Assembly (NCBI GenBank): GCA_963817895.1
Contig: CAWFQB010000014.1
Coordinates: 288,001-352,000, forward strand
DNA from: an uncultured Chthonomonadaceae bacterium
GTDB taxonomy: Bacteria > Armatimonadota > Chthonomonadetes > Chthonomonadales > Chthonomonadaceae
Direction: 5' to 3'
DNA length: 64,000 nucleotides
Part shown: piece by piece, positions 1-11,209 of the stretch
Layout of the letters: the number at the start of each line of letters is the position of its first letter
How positions within the stretch are numbered: position 1 is the first letter of the stretch
The notes under the pieces: generated by a model
Databases searched by the model: none
What the model was told of the DNA's origin: nothing
What the model saw: only the letters and a program-made list of their open reading frames with translations
Made by a program: the position numbers and the translations under genes

Positions 1-1006
1 TCGCCATCGTTGAGCCAAGCGGTCATGCGATAGCGCATAGGCGCGTTCTCACTCCCCTGCGGCGTGATCGCGCCCTCGAAATTGCCGAACGTGAAACTTT
101 TGCCGCGCGACGTGATTGCCAGCGAGTGGCCTTTGGGATGAATGGCGTAGCTGTCCATGTATTTCGCCGCTTCAACAAACTTGCGCTGTTTGTGCGTCTG
201 CGGGCTGTGATACGCCACTTCTATCTTCTGTTCCACATTCGTTTGCGGGATCGAACACGAACAGATCGCCGCCCGCATGGTACGCGATTCGCTTGCCGTC
301 GCTGTTCGGGAAACGGACAAAATACTCGCGCTGATTGGTCAGACGCTGAATATCACCGCCCTCCAGATCGCACGAGTACAGATTGCCCATGCCCTCATGG
401 TCGGACAAAAATACAATCCGGTCGCCGTGCCACATCGGACGCGCCACATTGCCCTTGAGTTGCAGCAGGCGCTTGAACGTTCCCCCACCTGCCGCGTCTA
501 TCCAGATGTCGCCCGCCGTGCCGCCGCGATACCGTTTCCACCGCGCCGGGTCGTTGTTGTTGCGCCCGATAACCGTGCGGCTTTTGCTGTCAATGGAAAT
601 ACTCACCGCATGGCCTACGGGATAGGGTTCCGGTTCACCGCCCTTCGGGACTGACCGCAAACACAAACCCGATGCGGTCAATGGCCTGCCGGTAATCGCT
701 GGAAAACAGGATTTTACCGCCATCTGGCGTCCAGCCAATCACCGTGCTGCTCACGCCAAGATACGTGACGCGCTTCACCGGCCCGCCTTCAGCCGGCATG
801 ACATACACCTCATTATGCCCCTCTTCCCGCCCCGTAAAGGCAAGCGTTTTGCCATCCGGCGAAAAGAACGGGTGTGAAATGGTTCCCAGATTGGCGGTCA
901 AACGACGCGCAATGCCGCCCTCCGTAGAAACCGTCCATAAATCATCTTCCGATACAAAAACAAGCGTATTGTCGTGAATGGTGGGATAGCGATAATATCC
1001 GGGCAT
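1..1006 (-). CDS. Tricorn-type S41 protease, N-terminal part (frameshifted, runs off window)
   Basis: ORF 635-1006 MPGYYRYPTIHDNTLVFVSEDDLW...FSPDGKTLAF and ORF 172-738 ...WKRYRGGTAGDIW... are the typical tricorn beta-propeller N-terminus, split by frameshifts. Confidence 0.88.
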
Positions 1007-1118
1007 GGGTGTCTCCGAGGGAGTGGTGGAGTGGTGGTAGTAGGGATGTAGGAAAAGCGTTGTTCAACTCGCGTAATGGCCTAGCTCACCTACCACCTAC
1101 TACCAGCCACTCCCTTCC

Positions 1119-1671
1119 TCATTCCTCTTCTGGTAAAATAGCGGTGTAAAACATGCGGCGGCGGCGGCCGGGTCCGGGCTGATTCATGGACGCCAGATTG
1201 GATAAACTCTCCAGTGCGGCGCAAAAGTATTCGTATTCCTTGTCCGTCAGGTACAGCGCATTGGCGGAGATACATCCCGCCGCGCCGCTTTTCCGCTTCC
1301 GGCTGTCCGAAAAACTGACGCCCGGAACTCAGCAGAGCGCTGGCAAACGTGGTGAAATACCGTACCAATTCTTCCGGGGGGGCATTGGCAAGGTCGAGTA
1401 CGGTTTCCTGCTCCGGCAGCGCATAGTGCTTTTCCACAGTGCCGCGCAGCGTCTGTGTTTCAATCAACTGCACCACATCGGCATCCACCAGTGTCTTCAA
1501 ATGCCGATACAGCGAAGCGACGGCAACATCCGGCAGCAAAGCGCCAATTTGTGTCGCGGTCAGGCGGCGGTTGGGCGAAAGCGCGTTCATAATCCGCAAT
1601 CGAACAGGATGCCAGACAACATCCGCTTTGGAAGCAACGCTGTCAAACTCTTCTGCATCATCTCGCGTCAT
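1119..1671 (-). CDS. ArsR-like helix-turn-helix transcriptional regulator (frameshift near C-terminus)
   Basis: HPVRLRIMNAL...ASLYRHLKTLVDADVV...RGTVEKHY; the natural C-terminus (LYLTDKEY...RRRRMFYTAILPEEE*) lies in another frame ending at 1119. Confidence 0.8.
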
Positions 1672-1857
1672 GGTTTCTCGTTTCTATACGTTTCGCATTT
1701 CTGGAACGAGCACGGCAATCCACTTCGTCAATCAAACTCAATGCGTCCTGTAATCATACCGGATGCCGCCTATTATAGTCTCATTTTTGAGAATAGTCAA
1801 GATGTTTGCTTGCTATCCTTCGGCGCTATATACTTTGACTTCTGGTACAATACATGT

Positions 1858-2666
1858 ATGTTGATTCCGGCGGGCAAATCGCCATTTCTTGAACGCTACT
1901 TCCTGCTGTACACGCGCCGTTATCTTACAGCGCAGTTTTCATGCCGTCCGGCTGTTGGGGGACGCGCCGCAGTGGGAAGATGACGGACATACGCCCCTGC
2001 TCGTCTGCCTGAACCACAGCAGTTGGTGGGACGTGCTGCTCGGCCTGCTCGTGGAAACGGAGTTGTTCGGGTGGGAGTGGTACACGGTCATGGACGCGCG
2101 GCAGTTGGAACGCTACAAATTCTTTACCCGCATGGGCGTTATCGGCGTGGATCGCGCCAGCCTGAGCGGAGCCAGAGAATTCCTACGTTACAGCGAGAAC
2201 CTGCTGAAAGGCAAGCGGCGTTCTCTGTGGCTGACGCCGCAGGGCGCGATGCTCTCCAACTACGCCCGCCCCATCACTTTTCAGCCCGGTCTCGGCTATC
2301 TGGCTGCCGGCTTGGAAGATTTCTACTACACCCGCGTGGCGTTCCACTACGAGTTTTGGGATGAGCGCCTGCCGGAAGCGTTCGTATCCGTCGCGCCCGT
2401 CGAGCGCATCCAGACAACCCACCCCGATTTCAACCGCAAAACTTTCGTTCACGCGCAGGAACAGGCATTGGAAGCGCAAGTCGCCACACTACTTGAAGCC
2501 GTCCAGCAACGCAATGCCGACGCCTTCCACTATTTGCAGCGCGGGCATGTCGGCATCAGCCCCACCTACGACGCTATCCGCGCCGCTCGGAGCCAAACTG
2601 CGCGGCCAATCCTTCACCCCCGAACACAGCGAAATTGTCACCCCGCAATGGAAGAAAAAGAACTAA
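1858..2666 (+). CDS. Lysophospholipid/glycerol acyltransferase family protein (frameshifted)
   Basis: Starts MLIPAGKSPF at 1858, continues in ORF 1889-2740 with the NHSSWWD (HxxxxD) motif and LWLTPQG, and ends in the frame of ORF 2361-2666. Confidence 0.8.
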
Positions 2667-2861
2667 CCACCCGCTACGCTAGAGACACAGAGACACAGAG
2701 AGGGAACACAGAGGAAGAAGAGGAGAAGACTAAATCATAAGTCTGTCTTCTCGCCTTGTAATCCTGTTTAATCCTGAAAATCCTGTTAATTCTCCTCTCG
2801 TATCTCGTATCTTCTCTGTGTTCCCTCTCTGTGCCTCTGTGTCTCTAGCGTAGCGGGTGGT
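2666..2861. repeat. Long inverted-repeat (MITE/REP-like) element
   Basis: accacccgctacgctagagacacagagacacagagagggaacacagag (2666-2713) is the near-perfect reverse complement of 2814-2861; lies between convergent genes. Confidence 0.85.
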
Positions 2862-2870
2862 GAATTTTCT

Positions 2871-3930
2871 TCACGGTGTCCAGTCAATATCCGGGGTGAC
2901 GCGCTCGACGAAGCCGGCCATCAGGCGGGCGGTGTTTTCAATATCGTCCAGCGACATCACTTCGCAGGGCGTGTGCATGTAGCGGAGGGGAACGGAGATC
3001 AGGCCGGTCGCCATTCCCGCGCGGCTGATCTGCATGGCGTTCGCGTCCGTGCCGGTGCCGCCGCCAAAAGCCTCGATTTGGTAGGGAATTTCCAGGTCTT
3101 TAGCGGTTTGCACCAGCATGGCGAACACTTTGGGGTTGATGTTCGCCCCGCGCCCGATGACTGGCCCGCCGCCCAATTTGATGTCGCCCACTTTCTTCTT
3201 GTCCGCGCCGGGAAAGTCCATCGCGTGTCCCACGTCGGTAGCGATTCCAACAAGCGGGTCAATGCTGAAACTTGCCGTTCGCGCGCCGCGCAGTCCGATC
3301 TCCTCCTGAACGTTCGCCACGCCGTACACGCCGCACTGCAACTCCTTGCCTTGCAGCAGGCGCATGGCTTCGGCAACCACGAAACACCCCATTTTGTTGT
3401 CGAAACTGCGGGCAGTCGCGCGTTCGCCCTGCAAGCGTTGTAGTTCCTGCGCATACGTAATGCAGTCGCCGATTTGCACCAGTTCTTCAGCTTCCTTGCG
3501 GGTGGCAACGCCAATGTCAATCCACAGCTCATCGGTTTTCGGCACTTTATCGCGCTCCGCGCTGTCCAGCAGATGAATGGCTTTGCGTCCCAAAACACCC
3601 AGTATCGGGCCGCTTTCCGTATGGATATTCACCCGCTGCCCCACCGCGACAATAGCATCATGTCCGCCGATTTGCCCGAAGTAGATGCAGCCATCGTCGC
3701 TGATATAGCGAACGATAAAGCCGATCTCATCGGCATGTCCCGCCAGCATCACGCGGGGATGCGCATGTGACATTTTTAGCCGCAATCACGCTGCCCATAA
3801 TGTCCGTATGCACGTTATCCGCATACGGCTGTATCCGGTCACGAAAGACCTTTTGCACCTGCTGCTCATACCCGGAGGGTCCGGGTGTATTGACGATGCG
3901 CTGCAAAAACTCAAAGGAATCATCCAACAT
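2871..3930 (-). CDS. M42 family aminopeptidase (one frameshift)
   Basis: PGPSGYE N-terminus (ORF 3727-3930) plus AGHADEIG, FDNKMG, QEEIGLRGA, GTDA and RYMHTPCE motifs (ORF 2871-3785). Confidence 0.93.
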
Positions 3931-4103
3931 TCTACAGTTCTCTCCATTCAGAGGGAGGTTCTCCCCTGTTCTCTTTGCCGGGTCGCTGTTGGCGGCCTCG
4001 GTTTTTTCCTGACAGTAATGAAAATTCTACGAACATTTTCATCACGCTTCACAACCGGACACATTCTTTCAGGGTTAAAAAACCTGTCTGTATGGCCTGC
4101 GGC

Positions 4104-4217
4104 GTAGGGACATAACTTGTTATGTCCTCCTACGAACACCAATGCTTTTTAAACCTGAATTCGCGTCCGTAGGACGCTTGGCGGAACGCCACATAGACGG
4201 GTATTTTCAATACCCGG
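4104..4217. repeat. GTAG-type REP hairpin plus three-hairpin element (copy 1)
   Basis: gtagggacataacttgttatgtcc at 4104; gcgtcc-gta-ggacgc / tggcg-gaa-cgcca / cgggta-ttttcaa-tacccg at 4163-4217. Confidence 0.7.
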
Positions 4218-4246
4218 AAAATGGTGTCCGGTGGTGAACATCGCGT

Positions 4247-6343
4247 TTACAGCGTCACGCCCTCAAACGCAACGACTTGTTGTGTCAAAACAACGGGCAG
4301 GGTGACATGGCAGTAGGCGTCCTTCTGCTCAAACGCCAGTTCTTCGCCGGACGGAACCAAAACCACGCGAGACGGAGCTTTACCCGTCCGAACCGCGAAG
4401 GAAACATTGTTGGCGGGAGTGGCTTCCTCTATAAACTCGTTTGTTGCGGTGCGGCGTTGTGGCTGGAAGTTGACGACGTGCGCGACAAGCCGATTAGCCG
4501 CCTTTTGCTGCAATACGGCGATTTCCATAGCGGGCGACACGTTCTGCCCTGTCCGTACTATCGGTTCCGGCAATAGGCGGTTGAGCAGCTTGGCAATAAT
4601 GTCTTTATAAACGAAAAAAGCGTCCTCGCGATAACCTCGGAACGCGGCGGCGTAGATGTACGCGCTGCTCTCATCCCCGGCGAGAACGGCGACAGGGTAT
4701 TGCGTGGTTTTGTCATGCGGGGTTTGCGCGTGGGAGGAGAAGTGTTCGGGGGCGCGATTGAAGTAGGGTTCCAGCACGTTTCCCAATGCGGTTGCGCCGT
4801 CAACGGCCTCCACATACGACCCGGCGCGGTAATTCACGAACTCGCTGTCCGGCAGACCTGCCCCTAATACGTCGCCAAGTTTCATATAGGAGGGCGTATA
4901 GGGACACTCCTGAATATAGCGAACGGGAGTATTGGGAACGGTAAATTGACCGTCATGCAGACCAGCCTTGTGCGAAAACAGGAGTTTGCCGCCCTGCGCC
5001 ATATACGATTCCAGACGGGTACGCATATCTGAGGTAAGAAAGCCGTTATCGGGAATAATGACCACTTTATACTTGTGGAGGTTGTCGCGGTCGGGCGTTT
5101 CCCCGTTCCACTGATGCTTTAAGGCGGCAAGCGCGGCGGCAGCGCCCTCGATGTTGGTGTCCATCTTCACCATGCCGCGCGTGTCATTCTCTCCCGCTTC
5201 CGCCGTTTCCTGACTGTCGGGCAGCAGCAGCACGGCGATGTCGGCAAGCGGCTGCGCGTCCCGGCAATACTCCTCGACGGCTTCCACCTTCGCAAAAGTG
5301 TCGCCGATAACCTGATACGCGCCCCTGTCCAGCGTGCCGCGCGGATGCAGTTGGTCGCCGATGTTGATAACGCCGCCCGCCGCCAGAATCGTCGCTGCCT
5401 CGTAGTGCAATTGCGCGGTTGTTTTCAAGCCGCCGAAATCTGCCCACGACTTGTGAAACCGCGCGGTCATGCCTTGCAGCGGGCGATCATAACTGCGAAC
5501 CACGCGGGAATGGCACGGGAAAAACAGGTATCCCCAACCACCCGTCGTCAGCGATTCGATTTCCAGATGCGTAAGGGTGTCCAGTTCCCGATGCACATTG
5601 GGCGTCACGCGGGAGTTGAAAAAGGTTGTGGAGTTCGGGCGCAGTTCCCGACATAACGCGGCAAGCCGGGTCGTGTATTCGCGCAAAATCTGGAACGTTT
5701 GACGACGATGCGCTGCCTTGTCGTCGCGCCGATGCCCCTCTTTTTCCAATCGCGCAAGGCACTTTTCGCAAAAGCAGCCGGGATCGGGCGGATAGTAGCA
5801 CATGTCGTAAAAGATGCCGTCCGCGTCATAGTTCGTCAGCACTTCGCGGGTCTGCTCGGCCACATAATCAATGTACTCGGTGTTGTTCAGGCACACCTGA
5901 TACCATTTGGCCTCGTTGTACGCTGGCCCCCACAGTTTACCGTCTTCCAATCGGCACAGCAGGTCTGGGCGGGTCATGCCGATATGCTGATCTACACGTA
6001 CCGAAATGTAAACGGGCGTAGCGATCCCGCGCTTTTTGCAGGCTTCGATTTGCGCCCCAAGCAGATCGAACTTCAGGCCGGGGTGCATCATGCCCAAACC
6101 CGCTTTCGTCGGATAGTAGCTCATCCCGTGATGGCATTTGCCGAACAGCGTGACCCAGTTTACACGGGCATTGGCAAGCGTATCGGCAAACTGTTCCGCG
6201 TCAAACTCGGTTCCCACATCGGGTATCAGCGGGGACGTATGAAAATCCAGATGTATCTGGCGGTAGCGGTCAGCGACAAGCTGCGCGGCGGTCAACGCTG
6301 ACGCGGCGGAAGTTTCGGCAGGCATAACGTGAAAACTCCTCAT
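4247..6343 (-). CDS. Putative glycoside hydrolase (GHL6/alpha-fucosidase-like TIM barrel with beta-galactosidase trimerization-like domain)
   Basis: RQIHLDFHTS, FGKCHHGMSYYPT, YDADGIFYD, RFHKSWADFGG, GDQLHPRG motifs; intact 698 aa ORF. Confidence 0.8.
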   Translation of the reverse strand: MRSFHVMPAETSAASALTAAQLVADRYRQIHLDFHTSPLIPDVGTEFDAEQFADTLANARVNWVTLFGKCHHGMSYYPTKAGLGMMHPGLKFDLLGAQIEACKKRGIATPVYISVRVDQHIGMTRPDLLCRLEDGKLWGPAYNEAKWYQVCLNNTEYIDYVAEQTREVLTNYDADGIFYDMCYYPPDPGCFCEKCLARLEKEGHRRDDKAAHRRQTFQILREYTTRLAALCRELRPNSTTFFNSRVTPNVHRELDTLTHLEIESLTTGGWGYLFFPCHSRVVRSYDRPLQGMTARFHKSWADFGGLKTTAQLHYEAATILAAGGVINIGDQLHPRGTLDRGAYQVIGDTFAKVEAVEEYCRDAQPLADIAVLLLPDSQETAEAGENDTRGMVKMDTNIEGAAAALAALKHQWNGETPDRDNLHKYKVVIIPDNGFLTSDMRTRLESYMAQGGKLLFSHKAGLHDGQFTVPNTPVRYIQECPYTPSYMKLGDVLGAGLPDSEFVNYRAGSYVEAVDGATALGNVLEPYFNRAPEHFSSHAQTPHDKTTQYPVAVLAGDESSAYIYAAAFRGYREDAFFVYKDIIAKLLNRLLPEPIVRTGQNVSPAMEIAVLQQKAANRLVAHVVNFQPQRRTATNEFIEEATPANNVSFAVRTGKAPSRVVLVPSGEELAFEQKDAYCHVTLPVVLTQQVVAFEGVTL

Positions 6344-6466
6344 AAAAGGTAATCTATATCCACATTCCTAATATTTTCGACAACAGGCAGGCCATTCCCT
6401 GCAAACTCTTGTAATTGCAGGTTATTTGCATCTTTTCACTGAAAATTCGGCCCGTAGAAAACGATC

Positions 6467-7312
6467 ATGCAGCAGCAAACACAACAGGAAGAGGCGCAGT
6501 CATGGCAAGTTGCGCCAACTTCCACAACAACAAAGAGTGATGAAACGCTGGCGCAATCTTCCGAGACTTCAAAGCATAACTATGCCCGGATGAAAGCGAC
6601 AGTGCATGATTTACATCATCAGGCGCTAAGGCGACATATATACAGAATTACATCAGGATTGTCGCTATGTCTCATAGGGCTGATGGTTCTCGCATTCAGT
6701 TTGCTCCATTCTGCGTTTTACTTTTTAAATATTATTCTTCCTCTGTGTTTTCTTTTTTATTTTCGGGGCCTCGCAGGACGGCAGGAAGCAAAATCTCGTT
6801 CCATTTTGGAAAGCATTAAAGATTTACGTCTGGTTGGACCTTTGGCCCAGGCGCTGGATGCAGAAAAGACAACGCATCAGTCGTATATTGCAGGCGCGTT
6901 ATGCCGCCTGCTGCCCAGATTGCAAGCCTCAGACGCTTCGCTTCTTAATAAGGAACAACGCGCTTGCTTGAACAGCCTGCTCACGCGGCGACGCTTGCGA
7001 CACCGACACGGCGGTAAAGTGTTAATACTGGCTATACTGAAAGCGTTAGAGCAGATTGGCGATAAGGATGCTCTTCCTGCGGTGCAGAAACTGGCGCAAT
7101 GGTCGTCCGACAAAGACATCAGGCAAGCTGCCAACAATTGCCTGCCTTATCTGCATGATCGAGCCGAGGCTTATAAACGTGGAGCGATGTATTTGCGTCC
7201 TGCCGATGCGCGAACCTCTGGTTCCGACGTTCTGTTGCGCTCCTCCACAAGTATGACTCAGCCACAGCAGACGCCACCGGACCAGTTGCTTCGCGCCCAT
7301 AATGAGGAATAA
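6467..7312 (+). CDS. Hypothetical membrane protein with HEAT-like repeat
   Basis: Two hydrophobic helices, ALCRLLPRLQASDA, ILKALEQIGDKDALPAVQKLA and C-terminal LRPA...LLR repeats. Confidence 0.65.
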   Translation: MQQQTQQEEAQSWQVAPTSTTTKSDETLAQSSETSKHNYARMKATVHDLHHQALRRHIYRITSGLSLCLIGLMVLAFSLLHSAFYFLNIILPLCFLFYFRGLAGRQEAKSRSILESIKDLRLVGPLAQALDAEKTTHQSYIAGALCRLLPRLQASDASLLNKEQRACLNSLLTRRRLRHRHGGKVLILAILKALEQIGDKDALPAVQKLAQWSSDKDIRQAANNCLPYLHDRAEAYKRGAMYLRPADARTSGSDVLLRSSTSMTQPQQTPPDQLLRAHNEE

Positions 7313-7515
7313 GGCATTTGCCGTTCTGGTTTACTTCTCGCTTTATAGCGGCAAATAACCGTAAAAATATAAGCCGGGGAACACCATTCTTGCCTATTCC
7401 GTCTGCTACGCATGGATTAAGTTGTTAGTTGCTAGTTTATAATGTTGTCAGTTATCAAGTTGTTCAAACCCTATTTACTTGACAACTAACAACTTAACAA
7501 CCTACTCTTGGAGTT

Positions 7516-8883
7516 TTGCCAGTCATGTCAATGTGGGGAATTGGGGCGGCTATAGCGCTGGTGTTGCTAAACGCCTTTTTTGTAGCCGCCGAGTATTCGG
7601 TGGTGTCTGTCCGTCGCACCCGCATTGATGAGTTAGTTGAGGAGGGCATCCGCTCCGCGCTCATCGTTCAGCGCATCAAGAGCAACCTCGAAGCGTATTT
7701 AACGGCCTCGCAGTTAGGCGTCACGCTTGCAAGCCTCGGGTTGGGTTCTGTTGGCGAACCGGCGATTGCCCATGCGATTGAACCCTGGTTTCAGGAACAT
7801 CTCGGAAATCTCGCAGGCAAGGGCGCGGCAAACATCATCGGTGTCGCGGTTGCCTTCACCCTCATTACCTATCTGCATATTGTTTTCGGTGAACTGGGGC
7901 CGAAGTGGGTGGCTATCGGCAAGCCGGACCGTATCGCCCTCCTGACCGCCGTTCCTTTTGAACTGTTTTACCGCGCGTTTTATCCCCTTGTGCGCCTGAT
8001 AACCTCAACGGGTACGATGCTGCTCAAACCGCTGGGCGTAGAGCCTGTCGGGGAACATGAAACCGCTTATTCTGAAGATGAATTGCGCCGCATCCTGTCG
8101 AAATCGGAAGAAGCGCACACCATACCCGAAGTGGCAGGAGAAATCGCTGACCGCGCGTTCCACTTCGGCAGGGGCAAGGTGCGCGACGTGATGACTCCCC
8201 GCCCCGAAGTAGTCTATCTCACGCTGGAACAGCCGCTGGAACAGAGCCTTGCCCTCGTTCAGAAAACAAGCTACGCCCGGTTTCCCGTATGTCGGGGCAA
8301 TCTGGAAAACGTGATCGGGCGCGTCCATGTGCGCGATCTGATGTCGCTGGCGTGGGAGAGTGATCGAATCGCTTCGGCAGATTCCTCGGCGCGAATGGAA
8401 GCCCTTTGCGGCCCCGTCCTGTTCGTGCCGGAAACCAAATCTCTGGACGCCATGCTGGACGATTTTCGCGCCGGACGCATGGAGATGGCAATCGTGCAGG
8501 ACGAGTACGGCGTGACGGCGGGAGTGATAACGCTGGAAGATATATTAGAAGAACTGGTCGGTGAAATTCAGCAGGAGTTTACTCCGTCCCTGCCGGAGAT
8601 TCACCCCCTGCCGGATGGCTCGTATCTCGTTGATTATAAAGTGACGCTGGCGCGACTGGCGCGCGATTACAACATTGAAATCGAAGCGCCGGACATTGAA
8701 ACCATTGGCGGTTACGTCCTCGCCACGCTTCCCGGCAACCCCAAAATCGGCGACAAAACCCGGATCGTCGGCTGGCAGGCCGAAGTCGCGGAACTGGCGG
8801 GCCGCCGCATCCGCCGCGTCCGCCTCACTCCAATGGCCCCACAATCAAACGAAAACCCGCATGAACGCGCCACAAATAGTTAG
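7516..8883 (+). CDS. HlyC/CorC (CNNM-CBS-CorC) family transporter
   Basis: NAFFVAAEYSVVSVRRTR, QLGVTLASLGLG, FGELGPK, CBS pair, DEYGVTAGVITLEDILEELVGEI. Confidence 0.93.
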   Translation: MPVMSMWGIGAAIALVLLNAFFVAAEYSVVSVRRTRIDELVEEGIRSALIVQRIKSNLEAYLTASQLGVTLASLGLGSVGEPAIAHAIEPWFQEHLGNLAGKGAANIIGVAVAFTLITYLHIVFGELGPKWVAIGKPDRIALLTAVPFELFYRAFYPLVRLITSTGTMLLKPLGVEPVGEHETAYSEDELRRILSKSEEAHTIPEVAGEIADRAFHFGRGKVRDVMTPRPEVVYLTLEQPLEQSLALVQKTSYARFPVCRGNLENVIGRVHVRDLMSLAWESDRIASADSSARMEALCGPVLFVPETKSLDAMLDDFRAGRMEMAIVQDEYGVTAGVITLEDILEELVGEIQQEFTPSLPEIHPLPDGSYLVDYKVTLARLARDYNIEIEAPDIETIGGYVLATLPGNPKIGDKTRIVGWQAEVAELAGRRIRRVRLTPMAPQSNENPHERATNS

Positions 8884-8906
8884 CGCTACTCCCTTTGATT
8901 CGTCGC

Positions 8907-8944
8907 TAAACCGTCCTGCATGATTGTTCATGCAGGACGGTTTA
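8907..8944. terminator. Probable bidirectional intrinsic terminator
   Basis: taaaccgtcctgcatga-ttgt-tcatgcaggacggttta perfect hairpin between convergent genes. Confidence 0.7.
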
Positions 8945-8996
8945 TATTTGCCTCTATGCGCTTGTATCAAAACAGCGCAGTTGAAGCATGTTTTGT

Positions 8997-9881
8997 TTAC
9001 TGGCAGCCCAATTTGTACGGGTCCCAGATGCTGGATGAGCCGCCCGTTACAAGGTCAGGATCGAACACCAGACGGTCGTAGGGCATAAACTTGCTGTGTC
9101 CATCCAGAAACATCGCGTTGAGCTGCCCTGAATGTCGCGCTTTGCCGTCGGAAAGCACCCCGGCGTTTGAAGGGTCATCCGGGTTATTGCTGCCGGTCGT
9201 GAAGTTATACAGGCTGTTGCCCATGTTCTTCCAGTATTAGGGGTATGTGCTGGCCGTTGGGTCTACGGGTGATGTGGGCACGCCATACGTCTCCCCTTTG
9301 AGCTTGCAGGGGCCGGAAGTCTGTTTTGGGCCGTGTGGCAGCGTACTGTAATAGGTTGCGTCCACCATGCCAACAGTGCTGGCTGTTGCTGAAATGGAGG
9401 CGATACTCAGCCCGGAATTGGAACGGAACAAATAGTTGCTCATGCCGTAGGAGTTCTCGCCGCCATAGTTTTGGAACGCGCCGGTCGCGCCCGTTTTATT
9501 ATCAATGTTGACCCACTGCGTCACCCCGGACGGGCATTTCCAAACATCATCGTTCTTAATGTATGGATTCAGCAGTTGGTTGATAAAAATCATGTCTTTC
9601 GCCGATGTGCCAACGCGGGCATCGCCGGCGTAAGGGTTGATATTCGAACCAGCAGGGCCATTGAAACGATAGCCCGGCAGTTGCTCATCATAGTCCTGAA
9701 TGTACATTTGTACGGCTGTACCCATCTGCTTGGTATTGGATAGGCACGAGGTCTGCCGCGCTTTGGCGCGAGCCTACGCAAATACGGGGAACAGAATAGC
9801 GGCAAGAATGGCGATGATAGCGATAACCACAAGCAATTCAATCAGAGTGAAACCCTGACGGCGCAAGATAATTCGATTCAC
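8997..9881 (-). pseudogene. Prepilin-type N-methylation / DUF1559 / H-X9-DG protein with two in-frame stops
   Basis: GTG at 9881 after [45 protein letters not shown] (TAG 9774-9776), ...STYP*YWKNMGN (TAA 9237-9239), C-terminal RHSGQLNAMFLDGHSK; all one frame. Confidence 0.75.
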
Positions 9882-10098
9882 AGTGCGATCCTTTCAATCT
9901 CGTCATAGTGTCACGCGCAGATATGGCGCGACCCTGAGGAAAATGTAAGAACAGCATTGTTCTTTCGTCATACTCTCATACGGAACCGACCATCATGGTC
10001 GGCCTGCGTTACAGGCAAACTACTGTACCATCAACCCGGCGCAGGCGTCAAATTTACGATGAACACAACGCAAAGGGTCAATGATCGAAGATGCCCCT

Positions 10099-10404
10099 CT
10101 ATGCTTGCTTTTCAACTTCTTCACGAAACGGCAACGTCCATTGTCGCGCGTTCACGACATTTGCGCGAACGTGGGGCGCAAAATTATCAAGCAGACGGGC
10201 CAGAGTCCGTTCCCGGAACGCCGGGGTTGTTTCCGAAGCAGGCTCCGCCTCCCGCAGCATGGTTCGCGCCTGCTGCAAGGTGTGCAGTTCCGCCGCGCAA
10301 GCCTGACAGCGCAGCAAATGCCGCTCCATCTTGCGCGCGGTTTCCATCGGCAGTTCCCCATCCATGTGCAAATCCAACAAATCCCGCAGTTCGTCACAAC
10401 ACAT
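10099..10404 (-). CDS. Anti-sigma factor with zf-HC2 zinc finger
   Basis: CDELRDLLDLHMDGEL...ERHLLRCQAC (HxxxCxxC), directly downstream of an ECF sigma factor. Confidence 0.85.
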   Translation of the reverse strand: MCCDELRDLLDLHMDGELPMETARKMERHLLRCQACAAELHTLQQARTMLREAEPASETTPAFRERTLARLLDNFAPHVRANVVNARQWTLPFREEVEKQA

Positions 10405-10516
10405 AGATAGCTCCTTAGATACGAGATAGGAGATACGAGGAATTCAATTATACGTTTTCGTCAGATTGTGCTGGATACAATGTACTGAACTCGTATCTCG
10501 TATCTCCTATCTTCCT

Positions 10517-11089
10517 CTACTCTTCCCACAACTCCGTCAAATGGGCGCGGAGGGCGCGGCGAGCGCGGTACAGCAGAGATTTTGTGGCGGGCAGGGATTT
10601 TTCCATCGCCAATGCCACTTCCCGCGCGTCCCACTCTTCCACATCGCACAGCGTCAATACCAGACGGTGTTCCGGTTCCAGTTCGGACAGGGCGCGTCGT
10701 ACCAGCACACCGGTTTCCATCTGGCCCGCCTGCTGTCCGCCGTCCGTCAATCGCTCCGCCGCCTCCGGTTCAAGGAGCAGCAATCGTGGCTGCCGCAGGC
10801 GGTCCAGGCACAGGTTGCGCGTGATTGCAAATAGCCAGCCCCGAAACGGACACTCGCCCCGAAACGAAGCCGCGCGTTCAAAAGCCCGCAGAAACGCTTC
10901 CGAAGTGACCTCTTCCGCATCCTCACGGTTTTCCAGCAGATGCCGCGCAAAGGCAAAAACCCGTTCAACGTGCATCTCGAATAAAACCCCCAACGCTTCC
11001 GGTTCCCCGGCCTGCAAGCGGGCAATCAAACGCCGTTCATACGCCGTTTCGCGATGCTGACCATTCCTTCCGCTCCCCTCGCCCGCCAT
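10517..11089 (-). CDS. ECF RNA polymerase sigma factor
   Basis: DAEEVTSEAFLRAF, FRGWLFAITRNLCLDRLR, region 4 KSLLYRARRALR; start codon uncertain. Confidence 0.9.
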   Translation of the reverse strand: MAGEGSGRNGQHRETAYERRLIARLQAGEPEALGVLFEMHVERVFAFARHLLENREDAEEVTSEAFLRAFERAASFRGECPFRGWLFAITRNLCLDRLRQPRLLLLEPEAAERLTDGGQQAGQMETGVLVRRALSELEPEHRLVLTLCDVEEWDAREVALAMEKSLPATKSLLYRARRALRAHLTELWEE

Positions 11090-11209
11090 GCCTCTCCTCC
11101 AACCGACGCCCTGCGCGTTCAAAAAGTGTCGCGCCCATACAAAAATTTATTAAATCATTTTCAAATTGTTCAGAATTCATTGTGACACAAAATTTGTATG
11201 CAGCGGCGC

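Noticed and set aside
8997..9881. Stop-codon reassignment or selenocysteine/pyrrolysine readthrough (also vgrG TGA/TAG)
   Set aside because: All three stop codons terminate conserved genes normally in this window, and the interrupted genes use different stops.
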